Part shown: in pieces, positions 19,179-29,658 of the stretch
Layout: every line of letters begins with the position of its first letter
How positions within the stretch are numbered: the stretch's first letter is position 1
Assembly (NCBI GenBank): GCA_009392915.1
Contig: CP045477.1
Span: forward strand, 480,001 to 544,000
Direction of reading: 5' to 3'
From: Candidatus Forterrea multitransposorum CG_2015-17_Forterrea_25_41
Lineage (GTDB): Archaea; Iainarchaeota; Iainarchaeia; Iainarchaeales; CSSED10-239
Length of the DNA stretch: 64,000 nt
Made by a program: the position numbers and the translations under genes
The notes under the pieces: model-generated
What the model saw: only the letters and a program-made list of their open reading frames with translations
Database searches by the model: none
What the model was told of the DNA's origin: nothing

Positions 19179-21002
19179 TTAACTTCTAACACTACTTTTA
19201 TGTTTTGTTTTAATAACTCCTGTTGTAAAAAGAATTATTAAAAGTAAAGCTAAAAATATTATACCAAGTAAAATAGATTTAGATAATGTGAAAAAACCTG
19301 TTATAGGGTTTACATCGTCATCATCATATTTTACTAAAGCATCTTTAACTTTTAAAGTTACTGGTTTTGATGTAACAGCTCCAGAATTACTATAGAAAAC
19401 AAAACTGATTTCATATTCTTGAGCAGGTATGTCTCCTGAAATTATTTTTCCAGAAATAACTCTTGATGATTTTTTAGGAATATATGTATATTGATCAATT
19501 TCATAACTTATTTCTTGAGGAAGACCAACAATATCTATTCTTGAAATAGTTATATCTTTATCATCAAAGTTATAAATCTCAAATGAAAAATCTTTAGAAC
19601 CATTTACATCAACTGAAAGTTCTTTTGGGAATGATAAAAATTCAATTTTAAAAATGTCTTTTTGTCTAAAAGAAGTTACATTTAAAACAAATCTTTCAGA
19701 AAAGTTAGATTGATTAGATGCAATAAGTTCAATTTGAGAGCTTTTCTCAACAGTATTTCTACCAGCAGAAACATTAAATACAACAGTCATTGTTGTGTTT
19801 GGAGAAAGTGTTACTCTTTCACTCATATCATTGATTTTAATATCATTTGAAGAAATAAAATCAAAATATATAGTTTCTAAAACATCTCCTTTATTTTCAA
19901 CAACAGCAGTAATATTATAAGATTTACCAATCTCTAAAAGGAAAGAAGATTGTAAAAGTCTTATTTCAAGATTACTTTCTGGTTGTACTAAAAATCTTAA
20001 ATTTCTAGTAGTAGTTGTTCTTTCATCAAAGAAAGATAACTCAACAGGATAATCTCCTGAAGAAATTTCTTGAGTTGCTAAGAAAGTTATAGATACTTCT
20101 TTTAATTCATAAGGAGCAAGTTTAACTTCTCTATTTGAAAAAGAAATTTCTAAAGAATTATCTGATTCTTGAGATATAAAAATATGTTTATTTTTATTAG
20201 AAGTATTTTTAATTGTAAAATCTAAAGTATATTCTTCTCCTTTTGTAAGTAAATGAGTTGTTGATTGAACACCAACTACTGTAAAATCAGGAGTTAAAAC
20301 TTCTTGACAATCTGAAACATAAACATTAAATGTTTTCTTTGAAGTTATTTCATCATTTGAAATTGTTAAAGTAATTAAATGACTACCTGTGCTTGCATTA
20401 AAAGTTTCTATTTGAATAGGAATTTCTACATCGTCTTTTAAATATCTATTATTTCCACCTTTAATATTTGCAATAATAGTATCACTTGATAATGAAAGAT
20501 TATAGAAATCATTCATTGAAACATCTTCAAAAGTTAAAATTACTTCTTGAGCATTATTATTACAATAAGAAGTTCTTGATAAATCAACTTCAAATTTACC
20601 ATCTTCAGAATCATCATCAACATCTATTCTTAAAGAATAATCTCTAATACTGTTTGTTTTCATATCTTTTACAAAGAAAGTAACATCTGAAGATCCATCA
20701 TCTAAAGATTTAATAATAAATGAACTATCAATTGAAGAAAATTGATTAAATGTAAATACTTTTGAAAAATCACATTCAAGTTCATCTTCATCACAGAAAG
20801 TATATACTAATACTTCTTGAGATGTTGAATTATTATTTTCAATTGTAAAATTTATTTTTAAAGTATCATCATCCATCATAGAATAACTATTTTTTTCAAA
20901 ACTAACATTTATTTGGTCTATAGGCTCTGAAAAAACACCAACACTTAAAAGTGCTAAAACCACTAAAATTATTCCAAAAAATAAATAATATTTTTTATTC
21001 AT
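19179..21002 (-). CDS. Secreted surface protein with N-terminal signal peptide and C-terminal TM anchor plus basic tail (archaeal cell-surface architecture)
   Basis: Signal-like N-terminus, many N-x-S/T sequons, C-terminal hydrophobic helix followed by KTKHKSSVRS. Confidence 0.4.
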   Translation of the reverse strand: MNKKYYLFFGIILVVLALLSVGVFSEPIDQINVSFEKNSYSMMDDDTLKINFTIENNNSTSQEVLVYTFCDEDELECDFSKVFTFNQFSSIDSSFIIKSLDDGSSDVTFFVKDMKTNSIRDYSLRIDVDDDSEDGKFEVDLSRTSYCNNNAQEVILTFEDVSMNDFYNLSLSSDTIIANIKGGNNRYLKDDVEIPIQIETFNASTGSHLITLTISNDEITSKKTFNVYVSDCQEVLTPDFTVVGVQSTTHLLTKGEEYTLDFTIKNTSNKNKHIFISQESDNSLEISFSNREVKLAPYELKEVSITFLATQEISSGDYPVELSFFDERTTTTRNLRFLVQPESNLEIRLLQSSFLLEIGKSYNITAVVENKGDVLETIYFDFISSNDIKINDMSERVTLSPNTTMTVVFNVSAGRNTVEKSSQIELIASNQSNFSERFVLNVTSFRQKDIFKIEFLSFPKELSVDVNGSKDFSFEIYNFDDKDITISRIDIVGLPQEISYEIDQYTYIPKKSSRVISGKIISGDIPAQEYEISFVFYSNSGAVTSKPVTLKVKDALVKYDDDDVNPITGFFTLSKSILLGIIFLALLLIILFTTGVIKTKHKSSVRS

Positions 21003-21017
21003 ATCTAATCATTTTCC

Positions 21018-21827
21018 TTATTTTTTATTTATATGTCTTATGTATCTAGTTGAGAAAGATAAAACTAAAACAACTAAAAATACAACTAAAAGTATTTTAA
21101 AATATATAGAATCTAAAAAATCTCCTATAAATTTAAGAGAAAAATAACCTGACAAAGGATTATTTTCTAAAATATTAATTTCTTTATTAAATATTAAATT
21201 ATTACAAGTGTAGATAACATTTATTTTATTTTCATACTCTGAATATATAGTACTGTATAAATATTCTGAATTATTTGAAATACTTATTTCTTTTTCTTCA
21301 GTTAAATTAGCACCTATAATATCTGTAATTTTTACTAATTTTATATCATCAGAAGAATTTTTAAATAACATTTTTAAGTTAATAGAACCATCTTCTAAAT
21401 TATCATAAGATAAATCTAAAGATAAATCTTCACAATTTTTATTAAATACTTGATTTATTGTAAAATATTCAACAAATCTATTACCTGCAAAAGAAGTCTC
21501 TATACTTGCAGTATAAGTTTGAGATAAAGAATTATTCAAAGGATATAACTTATAAGTTATTGTTTTATACTCATTTGGAAGTAAAAGTACCTTTTCAACA
21601 GAAAGGTCTGAAGTAAATGGAGAAGTATTTAACTTTATATCAAAGTATACAGCTTCAGATAGAAAATTGTATAAAACAACCTCTTTTTCAATAGCTTCAT
21701 CAGTTAAGTACACGTTATTTTGAAGAGATATAACTGAATTTGAACCTTGAAGAGAGCTTGAGAAAACTAAAGTTATGATTATTGAAGATACTATAAAAAA
21801 CATTAAATTTTTTATATATTTTTTCAT
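21018..21827 (-). CDS. Secreted/surface protein with signal peptide and C-terminal TM anchor
   Basis: Same architecture as 19179..21002, separated from it by only 15 nt. Confidence 0.35.
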   Translation of the reverse strand: MKKYIKNLMFFIVSSIIITLVFSSSLQGSNSVISLQNNVYLTDEAIEKEVVLYNFLSEAVYFDIKLNTSPFTSDLSVEKVLLLPNEYKTITYKLYPLNNSLSQTYTASIETSFAGNRFVEYFTINQVFNKNCEDLSLDLSYDNLEDGSINLKMLFKNSSDDIKLVKITDIIGANLTEEKEISISNNSEYLYSTIYSEYENKINVIYTCNNLIFNKEINILENNPLSGYFSLKFIGDFLDSIYFKILLVVFLVVLVLSFSTRYIRHINKK

Positions 21828-22212
21828 AATTCTTTAAATCTCCTTATATTTTTTTATTATTAAATTTTTTAAAAGTTTTTGGGGAAAAAGGTTAAAAAGA
21901 AGGTAAGATAGTCTTTGTTAAATGAAGTTAATTTTTTATTAACTTATTAACTGTAAGGATTTGTTATTATATATCTTAAGAAGAAAAAGATTTATAAAGG
22001 AATCTATTTATTATGTATAGTTAAATAATTACTTATATTTAAAAACCTTATTATATCTTTTATGATTAATAATAGATATTAAAAAAGACTATAACTTCTA
22101 GCTTTCCTCTCTGGATCTTAAAGTATATAGCATTCTCCAGAATAAAGATAACTATAATCTGTAAAGATTAATTATCTATATATTTAACATATCATATAAG
22201 AATCTAAAATAT

Positions 22213-25200
22213 TTATTTTAAATTTAAACCAATAACAGAAGTATGTTCCTTTAAAGTTACACCAATAATCTGATCTGCACCAGAAACAAAAGCACCATTG
22301 TGAGATACAGAGATAATAGTTGTATCTTTTGCAAGTTCTTTTACAAAATTAAGTAAAGTTCCTGCATTATAATCATCTAAAGCAGCATCAACTTCATCTA
22401 AAATATAGAAAGGAGCTTTTCTATAAGCATAAAGAGAGAAAATAAAAGCAAGAGCAGTAATTGTCTTTTCTCCACCAGACATTATATCTATATCTTTTGT
22501 TTTACCATTCTTTGTAATATTTATCAAAAGCTTAGAAGTTAAGATATCATCTCCTTCTAAAACAAGTTCACCAGATAAAAGTTTTGACATTTGTTTAATA
22601 ATATTTTTAAATTCTTTATTAATCTTATTAAAACAATCAATAAACACTGTTTTTTTCTTTAAATTTATTTCATTTAACATACTTTCAACTTCTTCTTTTT
22701 CTTTTGAAAGTATACTACATTTTTCTAAAATTTCATCATATTCTTTTGCAAGCTTTCCATAAGAATCAATTGCATTAAAATTAATATTTCCTAAAGCATT
22801 CTTATCTCTTTTAACTTTTCTTAATTCAGAACTAATTTCTTCAAGAGAGATTTCATCCATTAAAACCATATCTTCTTCTTTAAGATCTAAAAGTTTTAAA
22901 TTTTGTTCAATTTGGTTTGCTTTACTTTGGTTTGTTGAAATTAATATCTTTAAGTTATTTAAAGAAAGATTAAGATCTGATATTTGAGAATCATAAAGAT
23001 ATATCTTTTGTGAAATTTCAGTAATTCTTTTAGAAACATCTTGTTTTTCAGAATAAAGTTTATTTTTCTTAATATCTTCTTCTTCAAAATCATTTGAAAT
23101 TTTTATAAGTCTGTTTTCAATATCTTGTTTTCTATCTTCAAGAATTGTAATTTCTTCTTTAAGTTTTGATATTTTATTAGTATTTATTTCAATATAATCT
23201 TTTTTATTTAATATTTTTTCTTGTAAAATCTTTTCATCAGAAGATTTTGAAATAACGCTTTGTTCTAAAAGATTAATTTCTGAGATTAAATCATCATATT
23301 CATTTCTTAGAGAATCATTAATACTTACATTAAATTTTTTTAATTTAATTTCTAAAGATTCCTTTTTTTCTGAAATTTTAGAAATATCATTTTCAAGAGA
23401 AGAGATTTCATTTTCAAGAGAAGAGATGTCTGTTGAAACTCTTAAGATTGTTGTTTGGTTTGTTTTAGTTAAGCTTTCTTCGTTTAATTTTTCAGTTAAA
23501 TCTTGTTTAATTGCTTTTTTTGTGTTTATTGAAATATTTAAAGATTCTTTTTTATCTTTAAAAGAATTTATTTCTTTTAAAAGAGAAGAATTTTCTTCAA
23601 TTAAAGAAGCATATTCTTCTTTTTTATTTTTAAGATCAGATTCTATTTTTAAAATATCAGACTCAAGTTTAGAAGTATCTTTATAGAGAATCTTTCTAAA
23701 AGAAAAACCATCAAAATAATAATCTTTTAAAGAAAGAGAAGGTTTTTTAGAACCTAAGCTATTCTTAAAATAAGAAGCTAATTCTTTTTGTCCAAGATTT
23801 AAGGCACTTAATATTACAAAAGATAAATTATAATCAATATTTGAAAGTATTTTTTTAATTTCACTATCATCTTTTAAAACAACATAAGAAACATAAAAAG
23901 ATTTTTCTGAATCTGAAAGAGAAATTACTTCATCTAAAAAACCAATAAATGTTTTAAAGTCTGAAACTTTTTCTTTAATCTCTTTTCTTTTATCTGTTAT
24001 ATTTGAAGAAGAAGATAAATCTTTCTTTAAAGAAGATAAATCAATCTTTAAATTATTAAGAGTATTTTCTAATGTTTGTTTTTTAATTATATTATTTTCT
24101 AAATTTTTTTCTTTATCTTCAAGTTCTTTAAAAATTAAAGAGATTTCTTTTTCAAGAGAAGATATTTCTTCAGTTAGAGATTTTGATTTTTCTGTAAAAG
24201 ATTGAACTCTTGAAACAATTTCTTTATTTTGTTTTTCTAAATTTTCTTTTTGTAAAGAAAAAGCATTAAGTCTACTTTTTTTCTCAAAGAAAAGATCTTG
24301 TTTTTCATTTAAAGATTTATTTTCAAGAGATAATTTTTCATAAAGCTCTTCTTGCATAGCTTTAATCTCTTCAAATTCTCTTTTATTTTTATCTAAATCT
24401 ATTTTTAAAGCATCTTTAGTTTTTTGTTTTTCAGAAATTTTAGTTTTAATATTTGAAACAATTATTTTAATTTCATCAATTTCTTTTACAAAAGAAGATA
24501 GTTCTTGTGAAGCTTTATTATTTTCAGAAATTAAATAATTTAAATTATTTTTTGAAGAATTTAAAGAATTTGTAACTATTTCTTTAGAAGCATTAATTTC
24601 AGATAATTGTTTTCCAATGGTTGTTTGTACTTTTTCAGAATGAGCAATTAATTCTTGATTTATTTGTTCTAATTTTTCATCAAGTTCTTTTGTTTTTAAA
24701 TTACCATCTTGTTTTTCTATGGTCAAAAGATTAAGTTTTTCTTCTTTTTCTTCTAAATCATTTCCATAATCATTTATTTCTTGAGTATACAAATCAATTT
24801 GTTTTTTATAAAGATTATAATTATATTTATTTTCTAAAGTTTCAAGTTCTTTATACTTAATAGCATTATCTTTTTCTTCTCTTAATTGTTCAACATATGG
24901 CTTTCTTTCATTTAAAGCAATGTTTACTTTATCAAGTCTTTCTTTTACTTTTTTTAAATTAACTTCAGCTTCTTTTTTTCTAGCATCAAAAAGAGAAATT
25001 CCTGAAACATCATCAATGATTGTTCTTCTCTCTTCTGAATTAAGATTTATAATTTTTGTAACATCTCCTTGCTGTACTGTGTTAAAACCATCAGTATCAA
25101 GACCTAATTCGTTTAAATAAGACATTATTTCATGAAGAGCTTGTTTTTTACCATTTAGAGAAAAAATAGATTTACCTTCTTTATCAATCTCTCTTGAAAC

Positions 25201-25461
25201 TTCAATTTCTTGATCTTCGTTTTTTAAAACTGCTCTTACAAGAGCAGTATTTGCTTTTGTATGATGATTAATAAGGTTTGTAAGTTTATCAACTCTTAAT
25301 CTTTTAAGAGAAGTTGCTCCAAAAACAAAAAGTAAAGCATCTACTATATTACTTTTTCCAGAACCATTAGGCCCAACAACAATATGTAGTCCTTTATCAA
25401 AAGGTATTTTAGTATATTCAAAGGATTTGAAATTTTTAATAATAAGTTCTTTTAATTGCAT
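22213..25461 (-). CDS. smc: SMC chromosome-segregation ATPase
   Basis: N-terminal Walker A GPNGSGKSNIVDAL, long coiled coils, a central hinge-like globular segment, and C-terminal signature plus Walker B (LSGGEKTITALAFIFS…YILDEVDAALD). Confidence 0.75.
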   Translation of the reverse strand: MQLKELIIKNFKSFEYTKIPFDKGLHIVVGPNGSGKSNIVDALLFVFGATSLKRLRVDKLTNLINHHTKANTALVRAVLKNEDQEIEVSREIDKEGKSIFSLNGKKQALHEIMSYLNELGLDTDGFNTVQQGDVTKIINLNSEERRTIIDDVSGISLFDARKKEAEVNLKKVKERLDKVNIALNERKPYVEQLREEKDNAIKYKELETLENKYNYNLYKKQIDLYTQEINDYGNDLEEKEEKLNLLTIEKQDGNLKTKELDEKLEQINQELIAHSEKVQTTIGKQLSEINASKEIVTNSLNSSKNNLNYLISENNKASQELSSFVKEIDEIKIIVSNIKTKISEKQKTKDALKIDLDKNKREFEEIKAMQEELYEKLSLENKSLNEKQDLFFEKKSRLNAFSLQKENLEKQNKEIVSRVQSFTEKSKSLTEEISSLEKEISLIFKELEDKEKNLENNIIKKQTLENTLNNLKIDLSSLKKDLSSSSNITDKRKEIKEKVSDFKTFIGFLDEVISLSDSEKSFYVSYVVLKDDSEIKKILSNIDYNLSFVILSALNLGQKELASYFKNSLGSKKPSLSLKDYYFDGFSFRKILYKDTSKLESDILKIESDLKNKKEEYASLIEENSSLLKEINSFKDKKESLNISINTKKAIKQDLTEKLNEESLTKTNQTTILRVSTDISSLENEISSLENDISKISEKKESLEIKLKKFNVSINDSLRNEYDDLISEINLLEQSVISKSSDEKILQEKILNKKDYIEINTNKISKLKEEITILEDRKQDIENRLIKISNDFEEEDIKKNKLYSEKQDVSKRITEISQKIYLYDSQISDLNLSLNNLKILISTNQSKANQIEQNLKLLDLKEEDMVLMDEISLEEISSELRKVKRDKNALGNINFNAIDSYGKLAKEYDEILEKCSILSKEKEEVESMLNEINLKKKTVFIDCFNKINKEFKNIIKQMSKLLSGELVLEGDDILTSKLLINITKNGKTKDIDIMSGGEKTITALAFIFSLYAYRKAPFYILDEVDAALDDYNAGTLLNFVKELAKDTTIISVSHNGAFVSGADQIIGVTLKEHTSVIGLNLK

Positions 25462-25559
25462 TAATAATCAAGGATTTATAATTTTATATTTAGTAAATAT
25501 ACTAAAATATATTATACCAAAATATATTTAAATACTACAATAAAGAAAAAAAAAGAAAA

Positions 25560-26852
25560 TTAGAAGAAATTTTCATTCTTCTTAATTTCTGTCTTTCCAT
25601 ACATATAAGGAACTAAAACTTCAGGAACTTTTATGTTTCCTTCCTTTGTTTGGAAGTTTTCAATAATAGCAACTAAAGTTCTTTGAGTAGGTATAGCTGT
25701 ATTATTTAAAGTATGAACATAATACTTTTCCCCTTGCTTTGTTTTTCCTTTAATGTTAAGACCAATTGCTTGAGCTTCTGTAAGATTTGAACAAGAACCA
25801 AGCTCTATAAAACCATTTCTTCTTGGAGAATGTGCTTCTAAGTCTATTTGTCTGTATTTCATGTCACCTAAATCTCCAGAACAAATCTCTAAAATTCTTA
25901 TTGGAAGACCTAAGCCTTTAAAGATCTCTATAGAGTTATTTTTAAGTTCTTCAAATATTTTTTCAGATTCATCTGCTTTACAGATTACAACTTGCTCTAT
26001 CTTATCAAATTGATGAAGACGGAAAAGACCTCTTTCTTCAATACCATGAGCTCCAATCTCTTTTCTAAAACATGAAGTATAAGAGTAAAGTTTTAAAGGT
26101 AATTTTTCTTCAGGAATAGTCTTATCCATAAACATTGAGATTAATGGATGCTCTGAAGTTCCTATCATGTAAAGGTCTTCATTTTCTATTTTATAGACCA
26201 TATCTTTAAAGAAAGTAAAATCAATAACACCATCACATGCTTTTTTATTAATCATTAATGGTGGTAGGACGTATGTATATCCTTTCTTTGCTAAGATATC
26301 TTGAGCATACCTTATTAAAGCATTGTTAAGTAAAGCAAGATCTCCTAAAAGATAATAAAAGCCTTTACCAGAGTTATCTCTTGAAGAATCAAAGTCTACA
26401 ATGTTTAGTTTTTCTGCAATCTCAGCATGACCTTTTATTTCAAAATCAAAGTCTCTTATTTTCCCATACTCTTCAGTTACAACATTTTCTTTATCATCTT
26501 TACCTATTGGTGTTTCTTTACTTATAAGGTTTGGTATTTGATTTAAGAGCGTATCAATTTCTTCTTTTTGTGTTTTTAAAACAACATCCATTTCTTTTAT
26601 TTTTTCAGGTAAAGCTTTAACTTCAGCTAAGACATCGCTTGCATCTTGACCATTATGTTTTCTTTTTGCAACTTCTTCAGTTAAGATGTTTCTTTGATTT
26701 CTTAATTGATTTGCTTTTTTTAAAGTCTCTCTGTATTCTATATCTAAAGCAATTAATTTTTCTAGGGAAGAAACCTTATGCTCCTGGAATTTCTTCTTTA
26801 AGTTTTCAATAACTGCTTCTTTGTTTTCTCTTATATATTTTATGTCAAGCAT
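25560..26852 (-). CDS. serS: Seryl-tRNA synthetase
   Basis: N-terminal coiled-coil arm and class II catalytic core. 430 aa. Confidence 0.8.
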   Translation of the reverse strand: MLDIKYIRENKEAVIENLKKKFQEHKVSSLEKLIALDIEYRETLKKANQLRNQRNILTEEVAKRKHNGQDASDVLAEVKALPEKIKEMDVVLKTQKEEIDTLLNQIPNLISKETPIGKDDKENVVTEEYGKIRDFDFEIKGHAEIAEKLNIVDFDSSRDNSGKGFYYLLGDLALLNNALIRYAQDILAKKGYTYVLPPLMINKKACDGVIDFTFFKDMVYKIENEDLYMIGTSEHPLISMFMDKTIPEEKLPLKLYSYTSCFRKEIGAHGIEERGLFRLHQFDKIEQVVICKADESEKIFEELKNNSIEIFKGLGLPIRILEICSGDLGDMKYRQIDLEAHSPRRNGFIELGSCSNLTEAQAIGLNIKGKTKQGEKYYVHTLNNTAIPTQRTLVAIIENFQTKEGNIKVPEVLVPYMYGKTEIKKNENFF

Positions 26853-26943
26853 AGTAATTTCCTCCTTTTACACTTTTTATGTTAAAATATATATATATTT
26901 ATTATATCAAAACAAATATAAATAGAAAATAAAAAGAAAAAAC

Positions 26944-29592
26944 CTAAGATTCTATTTTCCAGAATCTTTTAGATTTGTTTATTTTCTTTAATAAATCATA
27001 AATAATTACAAAAAATAAACCAATAGAAATAGCAACAACCCATTCAATAAACATTAAAGGAGTTGTTCCAAAAGATACATTTAATGGAGTATAAATAATT
27101 ATAACTGTTGCAGCAATAGAAATTAAGGATGCATAAAATAAATATTTGTTAACTAATGGAGATCTATTTAAAACTCCTTTTCTAAAAGACCTAAAATTAA
27201 AAGCACCTAATATCTCAAGCATAATTAAAGTTAAAAGTGCAGTTGTTGCTGCATGAACTTGATTTAAACCTAAAATATTAAAAGTTATATAGTATACAGT
27301 TAAAGTAAATAATGTCATTAAGATACCAGAAAAGAAAAGTAAAATTAATAGATTTTTAGTTAAGATTTGTCTTTTAATTGGTTTCTCATTCATAATATCA
27401 TTTGAAGATGGATTAAACCCTAAAGCTATTGCTGGAAGATTATCAGTTACAATATTCATAAATAAAATTTGAAGTGGTAAAAGAATAGGTATTGGCCATC
27501 CAAAATTACTAGCAAGCAAAACACCAAAGATAACTATAAATAATTCAGAAAAATTACAAGAAAGTTGATAAGTCATAAACTTTCTAATATTTGTAAAAAT
27601 TGTTCTTCCTTCTTTTACAGCATAAACAATTGTTGCAAAATTATCATCCTTTAAAGTTAAATCAGCAACAGATCTTGAAACATCAGTTCCTGCAATACCC
27701 ATTGCAACTCCAACATGTGCTTCTTTTAAAGCAGGAGCATCATTTACACCATCTCCTGTCATGGTTACAATTTCTCCATTTTCTTTTAAAGCTTTAACAA
27801 TTCTTAATTTATGTTCAGGTCTTACTCTTGCAAAAACAGAAACATCTTTTATAATTTGTTTTAATTCTTCATCTGAAAAATCATCAATTTGAAAACCTTC
27901 TAAAACTTTTCCATCTAAAAGTCCAATTTCTTTTGCAATTGCAATTGCTGTTTCTTTATTATCACCAGTAATCATTTTAACATTTATACCAGCTCTTCTA
28001 CAAAGAGAAATTGTATCTTTAACTTCTTCTCTTGGAGGATCTTCCATTCCAACAAAACCAATAAATATTAATTCTGATTCAAGATCATTATAATTCTTAT
28101 CTTTATAAGCAAACGCTAAAGTCCTTAAAGCTCTTTTTGTCATTTCTTGGTTTTCTGCTAATATTTTTTTAACATCTGATTCTGTTATTTTATAGACTTT
28201 TTCATTTTTTAGAATATGTGTACATTTCTTTAAAACATATTCAATCGCACCCTTAACATACACTTCTTTATTTTCATCTTTAGAAATTAAAACACTCATC
28301 ATTTTTCTTTCAGAAGAAAATGGAATTTCTTCATCTCTAACAATATTAAAATCTTCTTTATAAATACCTGCTTTTGAAGCTAAAACTAAAAGAGAAGCTT
28401 CTGTTGGAGTTCCTGTAATTTTAAAATAATTTTCATTTTCAATTTCTGAAATATAAGAATCATTACAAAGAACTGAAGATTTTAAAAGAAGAGATAAATC
28501 TTTTTCTTTTACAAGATCAATTTCTTTTTTATTATTTAAAAATAAACCATGTTTTTCATAACCAACACCAGTAACATCAAATAATTTGTTATCAATATAT
28601 ATTTTTCTTACAGTCATTTCTCCTTTTGTAATAGTTCCTGTTTTATCTGAACAAATAACTGTTGTTTCTCCTAAAGTTTCAATGATTGACATTCTACTTA
28701 CAACTGCATTCTTTTGTGCCATTCTATAAGCACCTGAAGAAAGAGTAGTTACTAAAACAACAGGAAGACCTTCTGGGAAAGATGCAACTGAAATTGCAAT
28801 AACAAGTATCAATACTTCAACTATAACTTCACTTGTAATAACTGGAGACTTTAATAAAACTAGAATACCTGTTAAGATAGATAAAGAGAGACCAATAAAT
28901 GCAAGAACTTTTGTGATTTTATTTATTTTTTTCTGTAACAATATTTCTTTTTCGGTTCCAGAAATTAATTTTGCAATCTTTCCAAACTTTGTATTCATTC
29001 CTGTATGTGTAACTTTTAAAATAGCTTTTCCTGAAACTACAAAAGATCCCATAAAAGCTTTATTTTCATCAGTTAATTCTTTTTCAGTTGAGATTGTTTT
29101 TCTAACTTCTTTAGATTCTCCTGTAAGAATAGATTCATTTAAAGAAATATTTTTTTCACTTATCAAAACACCATCAGCAGGAACTCTTTCTCCTGTTCTT
29201 AAAATTAAATAATCTCCAGGCACAATTTCACTTGAAGGTATTTCTATTTCTTTTGAGTCTCTAATAACTAAAGAAACAGAAGTTATCATTTTTTTAAGAG
29301 CAGAAACTGCTTTTTCAGCTCTGTATTCTTGGAAAAAACCTACCCCCACAACTAAAAGGATAACTGCTATAACTGTATAACCAGTTGCTGTTTTTCCAAC
29401 TAAAAAAGATAAAAAAGAAGCTGCAAGTAAAAGATAAACTATAAAGTTTGATTTAACTTGTCTTAAAAGAATATCATACCATTTAATTTTATTTACTTCT
29501 ATGATTTCATTAAGACCATATTGTTTTAAATTTTCTTTAGCTTCCTTTGTAGTTAACCCTGTATACTTCATAAATATCTTTATTTTAAACAA
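26944..29592 (-). CDS. P-type cation-transporting ATPase (P2-like)
   Basis: CSDKTGTITKG phosphorylation motif, TGDN and GDGVNDAPAL motifs. 882 aa with 8-10 TM helices. Confidence 0.8.
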   Translation of the reverse strand: MFKIKIFMKYTGLTTKEAKENLKQYGLNEIIEVNKIKWYDILLRQVKSNFIVYLLLAASFLSFLVGKTATGYTVIAVILLVVGVGFFQEYRAEKAVSALKKMITSVSLVIRDSKEIEIPSSEIVPGDYLILRTGERVPADGVLISEKNISLNESILTGESKEVRKTISTEKELTDENKAFMGSFVVSGKAILKVTHTGMNTKFGKIAKLISGTEKEILLQKKINKITKVLAFIGLSLSILTGILVLLKSPVITSEVIVEVLILVIAISVASFPEGLPVVLVTTLSSGAYRMAQKNAVVSRMSIIETLGETTVICSDKTGTITKGEMTVRKIYIDNKLFDVTGVGYEKHGLFLNNKKEIDLVKEKDLSLLLKSSVLCNDSYISEIENENYFKITGTPTEASLLVLASKAGIYKEDFNIVRDEEIPFSSERKMMSVLISKDENKEVYVKGAIEYVLKKCTHILKNEKVYKITESDVKKILAENQEMTKRALRTLAFAYKDKNYNDLESELIFIGFVGMEDPPREEVKDTISLCRRAGINVKMITGDNKETAIAIAKEIGLLDGKVLEGFQIDDFSDEELKQIIKDVSVFARVRPEHKLRIVKALKENGEIVTMTGDGVNDAPALKEAHVGVAMGIAGTDVSRSVADLTLKDDNFATIVYAVKEGRTIFTNIRKFMTYQLSCNFSELFIVIFGVLLASNFGWPIPILLPLQILFMNIVTDNLPAIALGFNPSSNDIMNEKPIKRQILTKNLLILLFFSGILMTLFTLTVYYITFNILGLNQVHAATTALLTLIMLEILGAFNFRSFRKGVLNRSPLVNKYLFYASLISIAATVIIIYTPLNVSFGTTPLMFIEWVVAISIGLFFVIIYDLLKKINKSKRFWKIES

Positions 29593-29608
29593 AAATCAGT
29601 TGTTATAA

Positions 29609-29634
29609 TATATGTTGTATATTATATTTATAAA
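29609..29634 (-). promoter_or_regulatory. 26-nt promoter-proximal element containing a TATA box (minus orientation TTTATAAATATAATATACAACATATA), 17-42 nt upstream of the P-type ATPase start; exact duplicate at 53080..53105
   Basis: Exact 26-nt identity between the two copies, read directly. Confidence 0.5.
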
Positions 29635-29658
29635 GATATCTTTTAGAAATTATAAAAA

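Noticed and set aside
21828-22212. 385-nt intergenic region upstream of smc inspected for ncRNA (SRP RNA, RNase P RNA, C/D or H/ACA boxes)
   Set aside because: No box motifs, no GC-rich helices and no conserved RNA landmarks. It looks like an AT-rich promoter and spacer.
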